A DNA stretch of 64,000 nucleotides from an uncultured Chloroflexia bacterium (lineage in GTDB: Bacteria; Chloroflexota; Limnocylindria; Limnocylindrales; CSP1-4). The DNA is taken from positions 576,001 through 640,000 of the forward strand of contig CAVVJT010000007.1 in NCBI GenBank assembly GCA_963748625.1, in the 5' to 3' direction. The notes under the pieces were generated by a model that was given only the letters and a program-made list of their open reading frames with translations, made no database searches and had not been told where the DNA came from. Made by a program: the position numbers and the translations under genes. This document shows positions 52,527-62,229 of the stretch, in pieces (position 1 is the stretch's first letter; every line of letters begins with the position of its first letter).

Positions 52527-54212
52527 GTGCAGCAGGCAACCGGCGCCGACGGCGCCATGCACACCGAGGGACGCGGCCGGTGGCTTGGGCTCGCCACCCT
52601 GAGCCTGGGCGTGTCGATGATCATCGTGGACGCCACGATCGTGAACGTGGCCGTCCCCTCGATCATCTCGGACCTCCAGATCGACTCGACCACCGCCGAG
52701 TGGATCAACACGATCTACGCCCTGGTCTTCGCCGCGCTGCTCATCACGCTCGGCCGCGTCGGTGACGTCTTCGGCCGGCGGCGGCTCTACCTGTTGGGCC
52801 TGGTGATCTTCGCCCTCGCCTCAATGCTCGCGGGCGCGGCGCCCACGGGTGAGCTGCTGATCCTCGCCAGGGTCTTCCAGGGCGTCGGCGGCGCGATGAT
52901 CCTGCCGGCCACCCAGTCGATCTTGAACACGAACTTCCGCGGCCGCGACCGCGCCATCGCCTTCGGCATCTGGGGCGCCACGATCGGCGGCATGGCGGCG
53001 ATCGGCCCGCTGATCGGCGGCTGGCTCACGACCAACCTGAGCTGGCGCTGGGCGTTCTACATCAACATCCCGGTCGCGATCATCGCGTTCTGGGGGACCA
53101 TGCGGTACATCGGCGAGTCGCGGGACGAGGGCGCGAAACCCGGGCTCGACCCGTTCGGCTTCCTGCTGATCACCTTCGGTCTGGGCGCCTTCGTCTTCGG
53201 CCTGATCGAGGGCCGCACGTACGGCTGGTGGGCCCCGACCGCGACCTTCTCGATCCTGGGCTGGACGTGGCCGTTCGAGGCCATCTCGATCATCCCGATC
53301 GCGATCGGGTTCGGCATCGTGGCCATCTTCCTGTTCCTCGCGGTCGAGCGGCGGCGTGCCCGGCAGGGCAAGTTCTTCCTGTTCGACGTGGAGCTGTGGT
53401 CGTTCCCGGCCTTCCGCTACGGCAACCTCGCCGGCACGATCGTGTCGCTGGGCGAGTTCGGGCTGCTGTTCGCGCTGCCCCTGTTCCTGCAAGCCGTGGT
53501 CGGGTACTCCGCGTTCGAGACGGGCCTCGTCTTCCTGGCGCTCGCCGTGGGCTCGTTCTTCGCGGCACCCCTGGCGGCCAAGGCGGCCAACGCGTGGGGT
53601 CCCAGGCGCGTGGTGACGCTGGGCATGTCGCTCGAGGCCATCGGCATCATCGCCACGACGCTGCTGATATCCACCGAAGTCACGGGCCTGATGCTGGCGA
53701 TCCCGCTGTTCGTGTACGGCCTTGGGGTGGGCTTCGCGACGGCGCAGCTGACCTCGATCGTGCTCTCCGACATCCCGCCGCACCGGTCGGGCCTGGCATC
53801 GGGCGCCAACTCGACGATGCGCCAGGTCGGCTCGGCGCTGGGCATCGCGATCCTGGGCACGGTGCTGTTCGTGTCGCTCTCGAACGGGGTCGAGCGCAAC
53901 CTTGCCGAGGTTCCGGGCCTGCCGCCCGAGGCAGCCGAGGGCATCGCCGTGGCGATGGAGCAGTCAGCCGGCCAAGCGCTGACGGGGATCAAGGAGGATC
54001 CCGCATACGCTGCGGTCGTCCCGGGGATCGAGGACGCGTTCGTCGATGCGACGAAGCTGGCCGGGTTCGTCGCCACCGGGTTCGTGCTGGTGGGCGTGGT
54101 CCTGAGCCTGCTCCTGCCGAAGGGTGCGGCCCAGCACGGGGCGATGCACGAGCAGGTTGAGCCGGCGAAGCTCGATCCGGACGCTGAGGTGGCGACCGCG
54201 CCTGCGGTGTAG
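52527..54212 (+). CDS. DHA2 (EmrB/QacA) MFS efflux transporter
   Basis: DATIVNVAVPSI, GRVGDVFGRRR and WRWAFYINIP motifs; about 14 TM. Confidence 0.9.
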   Translation: MQQATGADGAMHTEGRGRWLGLATLSLGVSMIIVDATIVNVAVPSIISDLQIDSTTAEWINTIYALVFAALLITLGRVGDVFGRRRLYLLGLVIFALASMLAGAAPTGELLILARVFQGVGGAMILPATQSILNTNFRGRDRAIAFGIWGATIGGMAAIGPLIGGWLTTNLSWRWAFYINIPVAIIAFWGTMRYIGESRDEGAKPGLDPFGFLLITFGLGAFVFGLIEGRTYGWWAPTATFSILGWTWPFEAISIIPIAIGFGIVAIFLFLAVERRRARQGKFFLFDVELWSFPAFRYGNLAGTIVSLGEFGLLFALPLFLQAVVGYSAFETGLVFLALAVGSFFAAPLAAKAANAWGPRRVVTLGMSLEAIGIIATTLLISTEVTGLMLAIPLFVYGLGVGFATAQLTSIVLSDIPPHRSGLASGANSTMRQVGSALGIAILGTVLFVSLSNGVERNLAEVPGLPPEAAEGIAVAMEQSAGQALTGIKEDPAYAAVVPGIEDAFVDATKLAGFVATGFVLVGVVLSLLLPKGAAQHGAMHEQVEPAKLDPDAEVATAPAV

Positions 54213-54245
54213 CTCCGGCCGTCGTCCCCGCGGGGCACTCGCGCC

Positions 54246-54334
54246 GCGGGGCGCCGCCACTTCTGCGCCGCGGTCAGCGGGGCGCCGCCACTTCTGCGCC
54301 GCGGTCAGCGGGGCGCCGCCACTTCTGCGCCGCG
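54246..54334 (+). repeat. 31-bp tandem repeat (~2.9 copies) abutting element B5
   Basis: GCGGGGCGCCGCCACTTCTGCGCCGCGGTCA repeated. Confidence 0.9.
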
Positions 54335-54444
54335 CCCCAGCTGGGGGGCGAAATCGCCCCGGTCACGCACGGTCTGCGTCACAAACCCCGACTTTCGCGC
54401 CCAGACCACGCTCAGGACGCGCCGAAACGGCCCCCACGGGGGGC
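54334..54444 (+). repeat. family-B 111-bp element, copy 5
   Basis: Same dyads and core. Confidence 0.92.
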
Positions 54445-54491
54445 AGAGCGCAGGGACGGTGGGCCAGAGCGCACTCCGCTACTCTGCCCGC

Positions 54492-54794
54492 ATGTGTCGC
54501 AGCATCCGCCAGCTCCGTCGCGCGCCTGAGGCCGGCCCCGCCACCACCGGGGAGGCCCACGCCGCTGCCCTGCAGTACGTCCGCAAGGTCAGCGGGTATC
54601 GGACCCCGTCGGCCCGCAACGCACCCGCGTTCGACGCCGCGGTCGCCGAGATCGCCGCCATCACCGAGCGCCTCATCGCCGCAACCGGCACCGACATCGC
54701 CGAGGGCCCCGACCCGTTCGCCGACCCGGTGACGCGACGCGCGCTGATCGCAGCCCGCGACGCGGGGAAGCCGCCTCGGACGGCGACCCGGTGA
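54492..54794 (+). CDS. DUF2277 family protein
   Basis: MCRSI...AAALQYVRKVSG...N..AFDAAV. Confidence 0.85.
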   Translation: MCRSIRQLRRAPEAGPATTGEAHAAALQYVRKVSGYRTPSARNAPAFDAAVAEIAAITERLIAATGTDIAEGPDPFADPVTRRALIAARDAGKPPRTATR

Positions 54795-56183
54795 CCGACG
54801 GCAACCCGTTGACCGACCGCACCCCGGAGACGAGCCCGGCGACCGCTCTTGCCCCGCGCCCGAACGCCGCCAGCTCGCTCACCGGCCCCGCCGGCACCTG
54901 GGCCGCCCCCACCTGGTGGCGCCGCCCGAGCCTGGACGCCATCGACGGCCGCCTCGTCATGAACGGCACCGACCTGGAGTCGCTCGTCCGCGAGCTCGGC
55001 GCCCCGCTATTCGTGTACGACCTCGGCGCCCCCGTCGAGAACATGCGCCGCCTCCAGGCCGCGCTCGCGAGGACCGGCCTCCCGTACATCACCCGCTTCG
55101 CGCTCAAGTCCTGCCCGGACCCGCGCATCCTCGCGGTCCTGCGGGCCATGGGCGCCCCCGGCGCAGTCCTCCGCAGCGTGGGCGCACCCGGCGCACCCGG
55201 CGCACCCGGCGAGCCCGGCGCGCCCGAGAGCGTCGGCATCGACGCGTGCTCCCCCGGCGAGGTCACCCACGCCCTCGCCCACGGCTGGGAGCCCCACGAG
55301 ATCAGCCACACCGGCACCAATGTCTCGGAGCGCGACCTCGACGTCCTCCTCGCCCGCCCGATCCACATCAACCTCGACGGCGTGTCGCAGGTGGAGCGGC
55401 TCGGGCGGCGCGCACCGGGCCGGACCATCGGCCTGCGCGTGAACCCCGGCGCCGGCGCGGGCTACACGGACCAGCTCTCGTACGCGGGCGACCGGCCGAC
55501 CAAGTTCGGCATCACGCCCGACCGCCTCGACGATGCGCTCGCGGCTGCCGCCCGCCACGACCTGCCGATCGACACGATGCACTTCCACGCGGGCTCGGGC
55601 TGGCTGGGCGACCAGCTCGACATGTTCGAAGCGGCGCTCCGCAACGCGACCCGCCTGCTCGACCGGATCCTGGCCGCCGGGCACGCCGTCTCCGAGGTGA
55701 ATGTGGGCGGCGGTCTGGGCGGGGTCGCGCGCGACGAGGAGGTCCCCATCGACCTCGACGCCTACGCGCAGGTGGTCGCCGATCACCTCCGGCCCTACGG
55801 CGTCACCGCCGCGTTCGAGCCCGGCGATCTACGTCATGAAGAACGCGGCCGTGCTGCTGGGCGAGGTCGTCACGGTGGAGCGCCGCGGCGGGGTGACGTT
55901 CGTGGGCCTCGACGTCGGCTGGAACGTGGACTGCTCGTACTTCATCTACAAGTACGCGAAGGAGATCCTGACCACGCGCGACCCGCTCCGGCCGCGCACG
56001 CAGCTGGTCACGGTCGCGGGGCACATCAACGAGGCCGGCGACGTGTTCGCCGAGGACTACCCGTTCCCCGACGTCGCAGAGGGCGAGACCGTCGCGCTCC
56101 TCAATGCCGGCGGCTACCTCCAGGCGATGTCGATGACGCATTGCCTGCGCCCACTGGCCCAGGCCGTCTACCTGGAGCGCTAG
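54791..56183 (+). CDS. LysA/ODC-fold PLP decarboxylase (frameshift near 55825)
   Basis: FALK PLP lysine; GLRVNP, TKFG, HFHAGS, NVGGG and EPG motifs; C-terminal GHINEAGD. Confidence 0.78.
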
Positions 56184-56217
56184 GGCGCGCGCACGCCGGA
56201 ACCTGGAGCGCGCGCAC

Positions 56218-56267
56218 CCCGAGCCCCGTTTGCCCCAGCGTGCCCGAGCCCCGTTTGCCGCAGCGTG
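56218..56267 (+). repeat. 25-bp tandem duplication abutting element B6
   Basis: CCCGAGCCCCGTTTGCC(C/G)CAGCGTG x2. Confidence 0.88.
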
Positions 56268-56377
56268 CCCCACGTCGGGGGCGAATCCGCGCTGCCCACG
56301 CACGGTCTGCGTGCCAAACCCCGACTTTCGTGCCCGGACCACGCTCCGGACGCGCCAAAATGGCCCCCACGTGGGGC
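56267..56377 (+). repeat. family-B 111-bp element, copy 6
   Basis: Same dyads and core. Confidence 0.92.
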
Positions 56378-56518
56378 GAGATGCAGGATCTGGGCAACGG
56401 CCGCGGCACGCCGCGCCCGACCGCCGATCGCGCCCCGTACAAACAGCGACGGCCGCCGCGGGGGTCCCGCGCCGGCCGTCTCCCGTCCGCCGGATCGGCG
56501 GACTACGTGTTCAGCGAT

Positions 56519-57471
56519 CTACTTGTCGTGGCACTGCTGGCAGGTGCCCCGGTTGTCGATCCGGAGCAGGTTGCTGTCGGTGCCGCGAGCGGTCGACGTG
56601 CCCGGCCACGGAACGGCCTGGCTGTTCGTGCCCATGCTCGCGTTCGAGCCGTGCGAGACGTGGCACTTGACGCACTGCAGGCCGGGGCCGTTCGTGGTCG
56701 CATGCCGGAACGTGAAGATCGCGTCGCCGGAGTTGGTGTGGCCGGCGCCGCCCGGGGCGTTGTACCGCGTGTGGCAGGTGGAGCACCACGCCGTCACGTT
56801 GTTGAGGTACTGCGGGGCGAACGTGTCGCCCGGCTGCCAGTAGTCCAGCGTCGTGTAGAGGTAGTTGGCAGCGACATCGGGGATCGTGACGCCGCGTCGC
56901 CGCACCGCTCTCCTCCGGGATCGGCTTGAGGATCCGGTAGTTCCCGTTGCCGTGCGGATCATGGCAGGAGCCGCACGTCATCGGAGATCGTCGGGCCGGC
57001 GCCGGCGGTGCCGAGGGCCCCGTTGCCCCAGGCCGTGCCGGTTCCGCTGACGGCATGCGCGGACGTCGTGGTCGCCGGCGTGCCGAGAACCCCGACACCG
57101 GTGCCGATCGTCGTCGGTGCGGTGTTGATGACGGCATGGTCGAAGCCACCGCCGCGGAGGCCGCCCTCGACCGTGGTGCCGCGGGTGACCGTGGTCACCT
57201 TGGCCAGCGACGCCGGCACGTACTGCTGGCCGTCCTGCACGTTGGTCGTGGCGCCGGTGCCCGAGGTGCCGTGGCAGGTGTAGCAGAGGGACGTCTGCGA
57301 GGGTTGACGAGTAGATTCGCCGCGCGGGCGGTGTGTGCGCGGTGGCAGCCGGAGCAGCTGTCGGTCGTGGCCGAAGCGCCCGCAACGATGCGGACCGTTG
57401 TCGGCGAACACCGGGGCGGCGAGCAGCAGCCAGACGGCAGCGCCTGCGAACAGGAGCGCCAGTCGCTTCAA
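56519..57471 (-). CDS. secreted multiheme c-type cytochrome (~6 CxxCH), frameshifted
   Basis: Signal peptide; CSGCH, CYTCH, CGSCH, CSTCH, CVKCH and CQQCH across frames. Confidence 0.8.
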
Positions 57472-57572
57472 GGCTGGTACCTCCAGTGTCTCTCATGGAA
57501 CTCGGACGAATCTGGGCACGTCCCTTGCCCTGACCTCGAGCGTTGCAGGCTTCCACCTCCATCTCCCAGGGC

Positions 57573-58778
57573 CTAGTAGCCCCACACCTGGACACGATTG
57601 TTCTCGCGGTCCGTGACGTAGACCCGCGCGCGGTCATCTGCCGCCACGCCATTGGGGAATTCGAATTGGCCGTCGGCAATCCCTTCGACGCCGAAGTCGG
57701 CGAGGAAGATCGGCCGCAGGTCACCGCCGGAGCCGGTCCGGTAGAGGTGCACGGTGTGGCCGGTCGCGTCGACGACGTACAGGTGCCCGGTGTCGTCGAT
57801 GGCGACACCGCGCGGCAGGCCCAGGGAGCCGGCAGCCGCCCCGCGGTCAGCCCGGACAGCTCCGCGCCCGTCTCCGGGTCGAGGATCACCAGCCGGCCGC
57901 TGTTGCTGCTGGTCACGTAGGCGTGGCCCTCGGCATCGAACGCGATCATGTTGGGGAAGTCGAACTGGCCTTCACGGCCAAGCGTGCGTTTGAGCGACCC
58001 GTCGAGGCCGAACACCTCGATGCGGTGGTAGGGCGCACTGAGGTCGGTGACCCAGAGATCGCCATCGGGCCCGAAGGCGATGCCGAGCGGCTGCCAGTTC
58101 GGGATCGGCTCCGCGGGCAGGAAGCGTGCGCAGGTAGCTCCCGTCGGCGGCGTAGATGTAGATCTCGCCCGAGGAACGGTCCGTCACCCACACCTCGCCC
58201 GTGTCCGGGTGGACCGCGAGGTAGACCGGGGTGTGGCTCTTGCCGTCGGCGGGCGGCTGGAGGACCGCGACCTCGCGCCCGAGCCGGTCGAACAGCCGGG
58301 TCGTCCTGGCGCCACCGGCCTCGGTCACGTAGATGCGGTCGCCGGTCGAGTCCACGGCGACACCCATCGGCTGCTCGGCCCCGTACACGCTGTAGAGGTA
58401 GTGCGGCGGCGCATCCTCGCCGATGGGCGGCACGAGTCGTGTTGATCGGCTGGCGGAACAGCAGATACCAGGCGGTCAGGAATCCCGATCAGGAGCATGA
58501 AAGCGAGGAGCAGGAACAGCAGGATGAGGAGCCGGCGCCTGCGCTTGCGCTCCTCCTCTTCCTCGTCGAGGCCGGGGACGACGGGCGGCACGTCCGGCCC
58601 GGCGGCGGCAGCTCCGGCTGCGACGGCGGCTGCGGCTCCGGCTGCGACGGCGGCGGCTTCCGGGGCGGCGGCGGCGTCGGGCGGCGGCGGCCTCAGCGGT
58701 CGCGCCTTCGGCAGCGACGGGTGCGGAGTCCGGGGCGGCGTCCGGCTGCGGGATCGGATCGGGTTCCATGTCAGCCAT
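57573..58778 (-). CDS. membrane-anchored NHL-repeat beta-propeller protein, frameshifted
   Basis: TM segment, PMGVAVD, FDFPNMIAFD, PRGVAID; ends NNRVQVWGY. Confidence 0.75.
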
Positions 58779-59735
58779 TGCTGCTCGATGGATCAGTGCT
58801 CGGGGCGGGGCTCTCCTGCTCGCCCGCATCGGCGACGCCGAGCCGGCTGAGGCCCCAGCTGGCCGCGATGCTCTCGGGATCGAGCTCGAGCGCCTTCCGA
58901 TACCAGCCGACCGCTGCCTCCTGGTCGCCCTCGTTCTCCGCGACCAGCCCCAGGCCGACCGTCGCGTCAGCCGCAGCGGCTCCCTCGGCCAGCGGGAGGA
59001 GGAGCTCCCTGGCAGCGGCGAACTCCTTCGCGACCAGGGCGACCATGCCCCGCGCGTACTCGCGCCTGTTCGGGCTGGCCCAGGGCCTCGTAGGCATCGG
59101 CCATGGCGGCGTACGGGTCCGGCCACTCGGTGGGGATGAACGTCACGGCCTGCCGCTGCGCCTGGACCGCCTGCGCCGGCGACCCCGCACCCATCTGCGC
59201 GAGGCCCAGCTGGTACCACGACGTCGGCGTCGGTGCGATCGATGCGCACCGCGGACTCGAGGGCCGCGACGGCGTCGTCGAACCGCTCCTGCTGCACCGC
59301 GATGACGCCAAGCCCGTAGTAGGCCTGCTCAAGGTCCGCATCGACCTTCGCGAACTCGCCGTCCTTGCGCACCGTCACGATCTGCCGGTAGACCGGCTCC
59401 GCCTTGTCGAGCTCGCCGCCAAGCTGGAGGACCGTCGCCTTGCCGAGGAGCGCCGCGACGTGGTCCGGCTCGATGGCGAGCACCTCGTCGTACTGGCCGA
59501 TCGCGTCCTGGTCCCGGCCGACAGCAACGTAGGTGGCAGCCAGGTTGAGGCGCAGGACGATCTCGTCGGGGTGCTCGCGAACCGCCGCCTCCGCTTCGGC
59601 CAGCTTGCGTTCCGCGAGGGTGGGCCCCGGGTCCCGGTTCTGGTCGAGCACGTAGCCGATCACCAGGAGCGGCGTGACCACCACGATCACGAGGGCCATG
59701 AGCCTGACGAGGCGTCGGAGGGTTGTGCTCGACAT
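58771..59735 (-). CDS. TPR-repeat membrane-anchored protein, frameshifted
   Basis: N-terminal TM; TPR patterns (AYYGLG, ALELDPE). Confidence 0.75.
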
Positions 59736-59929
59736 GGGGATGGGCGTTGGGCTCTTCGTTGCTCGTTCGTTTTTCACGCTTGACCAGGCCAGCACAAGCA
59801 AGGCTGGTGGCCCGCATCCATCATGGCACCGTGGCGGGCCGGTTCCCATAGGCCGGGGGATAGAGAAGGCCGGGCGGAGAGGCCCGTGGTCCTGTATCCA
59901 CCGGCGTCCCGGGCCGGCTTCCCGCACTT

Positions 59930-60040
59930 GCCCCACCTGTGGGGCATTTCGCCACCGTCCCAGCACGGTCTGCGTCGCAAACCCCGACTTTCGCACCCGG
60001 ACCACGCTCACGACCCCCGGATTTGGCCCCCACGTGGGGC
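59930..60040 (+). repeat. family-B 111-bp element, copy 7 (arm-swapped subtype)
   Basis: Same dyads and core; about 55 bp from the 3' end of the nuclease gene. Confidence 0.92.
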
Positions 60041-60073
60041 GGACTGCGCGCTGGGAGCCGGGGCGGACCGCGC

Positions 60074-60114
60074 ACCGGGAGCCGAACCGGGAGCCTAACC
60101 GGGAGCCCAACCGG
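60074..60114 (+). repeat. 12-bp tandem repeat x3
   Basis: ACCGGGAGCCNA repeated; overlaps the nuclease stop codon. Confidence 0.8.
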
Positions 60115-60941
60115 ACCGCGACCTCTCCCCTGACCGGGCGCGCACCACCGAAGCTGCCGCCGCGTACCCCTCGTAGGCAGGCGCCCGACGACGACGGGTC
60201 AACGCGGTCCCGCGCAGCCACGATCGGTCGCGCGATGCCGGGTCGGCTGCTGCGAGACACCAGCCGGTCGGGGCAGGCGCGTCCAGCTCCGCCACCAGTC
60301 GCGCCAAAGACACCGACATCCCCCGGGAACGCGACCGCGAGCAGGTCCCGCGCGCCCGCGATCCTCGCCGCGACATCGGCCGAGTCGAGCACCACGCACA
60401 GCACCACCACCCGCCGCACCTTCCAGCCGAGCTCCTGCGCCGCCCGCCGCGCCTCCCGCACGTAGAACGAGAGGCTTCGCTGCAGCCCGCCGATATCGGG
60501 CAGGTCGGTCTTGGTCTCCTCGACGATCAGCGTCCCATCGGCCTCCCGGAAGGCAAGCAGGTCGATCCAGCCGCGTGGGCCGCCGTCGCCGATCAGCACC
60601 TCGGTCGCCACCTCCCAGCCGCCCCGGCGCAGGCGTCGCGCAACGTACCCGTTCAGCCAGGCGTGCACGGCGTCGAGCTGCCGCTCCCGATCCAGAAAGT
60701 GCCGCCCATCCAGCTCGAGCGTCGCGCGCAGCCCCAGCGCCGTGAGCAGCGACTCGACGACAAGGAGATCGAGCACCTGCGCCTGCCCGGATTCGAGGCG
60801 CCAGGTCGTCCCCTTCGACGTGCCGGCGCGCTCGGCGAGCTCCGCCTGGGACCAGCCGGCCAGGTGCCGGGCGTCGACGATGGCCTGGGCGAAGGCCGAC
60901 CTGGCGGTTGTCGTCGTGAGCGCGATGCGGGTGATGGGCAT
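60095..60941 (-). CDS. XRE HTH + PD-(D/E)XK-like nuclease fusion (frameshift near 60320)
   Basis: WSQAELAERAGTS...RLESG HTH; ATEV..GWIDLL..LIVEETKT (D...ExK); C-terminus continues in ORF 60095..60376. Confidence 0.75.
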
Positions 60942-61062
60942 GGCACCTTGATACCCGGCCGGACTCACGTAGCACTCATTTCGCACGTATCCGCCGCTTA
61001 CGGCGCCGCCCACAGAACCGCCGACAGACGCCGACGCCGCGACCGGGTAGCATCGCCAGCGC

Positions 61063-62002
61063 ATGACGAACCCGAATTCCGACGCCGAACCGAACGCCGA
61101 CGCTGACGCCGACCCCGACGCCGCACACAACCCCGACCCCGACGCTGCCCACAACCCCGGGCCCTCCCTCGAGCGCCAGGCCACCCGTACCCGCATCGTC
61201 GCGGTCCGGGGCGCACGCGTCGAGATCAGGGACGACCGCCTCGCCGGCGAGGAGCCCATGGTCATCCGCGCGGCAGGACCGGGCCAGGCAGCCCATCGAC
61301 GTCGCGGTCACCATGCGCACACCCGGCCACGAGCAGGACCTGGCGGCGGGCTTCCTCTACACCGAGGGCCTGATCACCTCCGCCGACGACATCGATGCCA
61401 TCGACACCGGCGACCCCGCCACCCGCTCGAACCCCGACGACGAGGTCCTCGTCCACCTCACGAGCCCGCTCGACACGTCGCGCATCGCCGAGCGCAACTT
61501 CGTCGCCACCGCGTCGTGCGGCATCTGCGGCAAGGCCTCACTCGATGCGGTCGAAGTCCGCTGCGACCCCCTCCCCGACGGCTTCGCGGTCGCCAGCGAG
61601 ACCATCCTCGCCCTCCCCGACCGCCTCCGTGAGGCCCAGCGCGCATTCGACGCCACCGGCGGCATCCACGCGGCGGGCCTCTTCACGGCGGCCGGCGAGC
61701 TGATCGCGATGCGCGAGGATGTCGGCCGGCACAACGCGCTTGACAAGCTCATCGGCTCGCAGCTCCTGGCTGGGCGGACCCCCCTGCACGACACGATCCT
61801 CCTGGTCAGCGGCCGGGCCGGGTTCGAGCTCGTCCAGAAGGCCGCGGTCGCCGGGATCCCGGTGATGGCCGCGGTGTCGGCGCCGAGCGACCTGGCGGTC
61901 GAACTGGCGGAGCGCCTCGGCCTCACGCTGGTCGGGTTCCTGCGGGGCGACGGCTACAACATCTACGCCCGGGCGGACCGGATCAGGATCGAAGGCGCGT
62001 AG
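61063..62002 (+). CDS. fdhD: formate dehydrogenase accessory sulfurtransferase (frameshift near 61290)
   Basis: EEP, MRTPG, SCGICG, TGGIHAA, EDVGRHNALDK and SAPS motifs. Confidence 0.92.
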
Positions 62003-62092
62003 GCCCGGGGCCGAACCGGCCGCGCCGCGCCGGCCGCGCACCCGAACCGCGCCGGCCGCGCCGACCGCCGCGTCGCCGGTTTCCCGCATGTC

Positions 62093-62203
62093 GCCCCACC
62101 TGTGGGCCAAATCCGGACCGCGCACGCACGGACTGCGTGACAAACCCGGACTTTCGCGCCCGGACCACGCTCAGGACGGTCCGAAACGGCCCCCACGTGG
62201 GGC
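62093..62203 (+). repeat. family-B 111-bp element, copy 8
   Basis: Same dyads and core. Confidence 0.92.
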
Positions 62204-62229
62204 AGAGCGCGCCCTACGGAACCGGGACC

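Noticed and set aside
58476-61265. 929-aa HTH-nuclease-TPR fusion ORF
   Set aside because: Read-through caused by a frameshift near 60320 across the repeat. The nuclease and TPR are separate genes.
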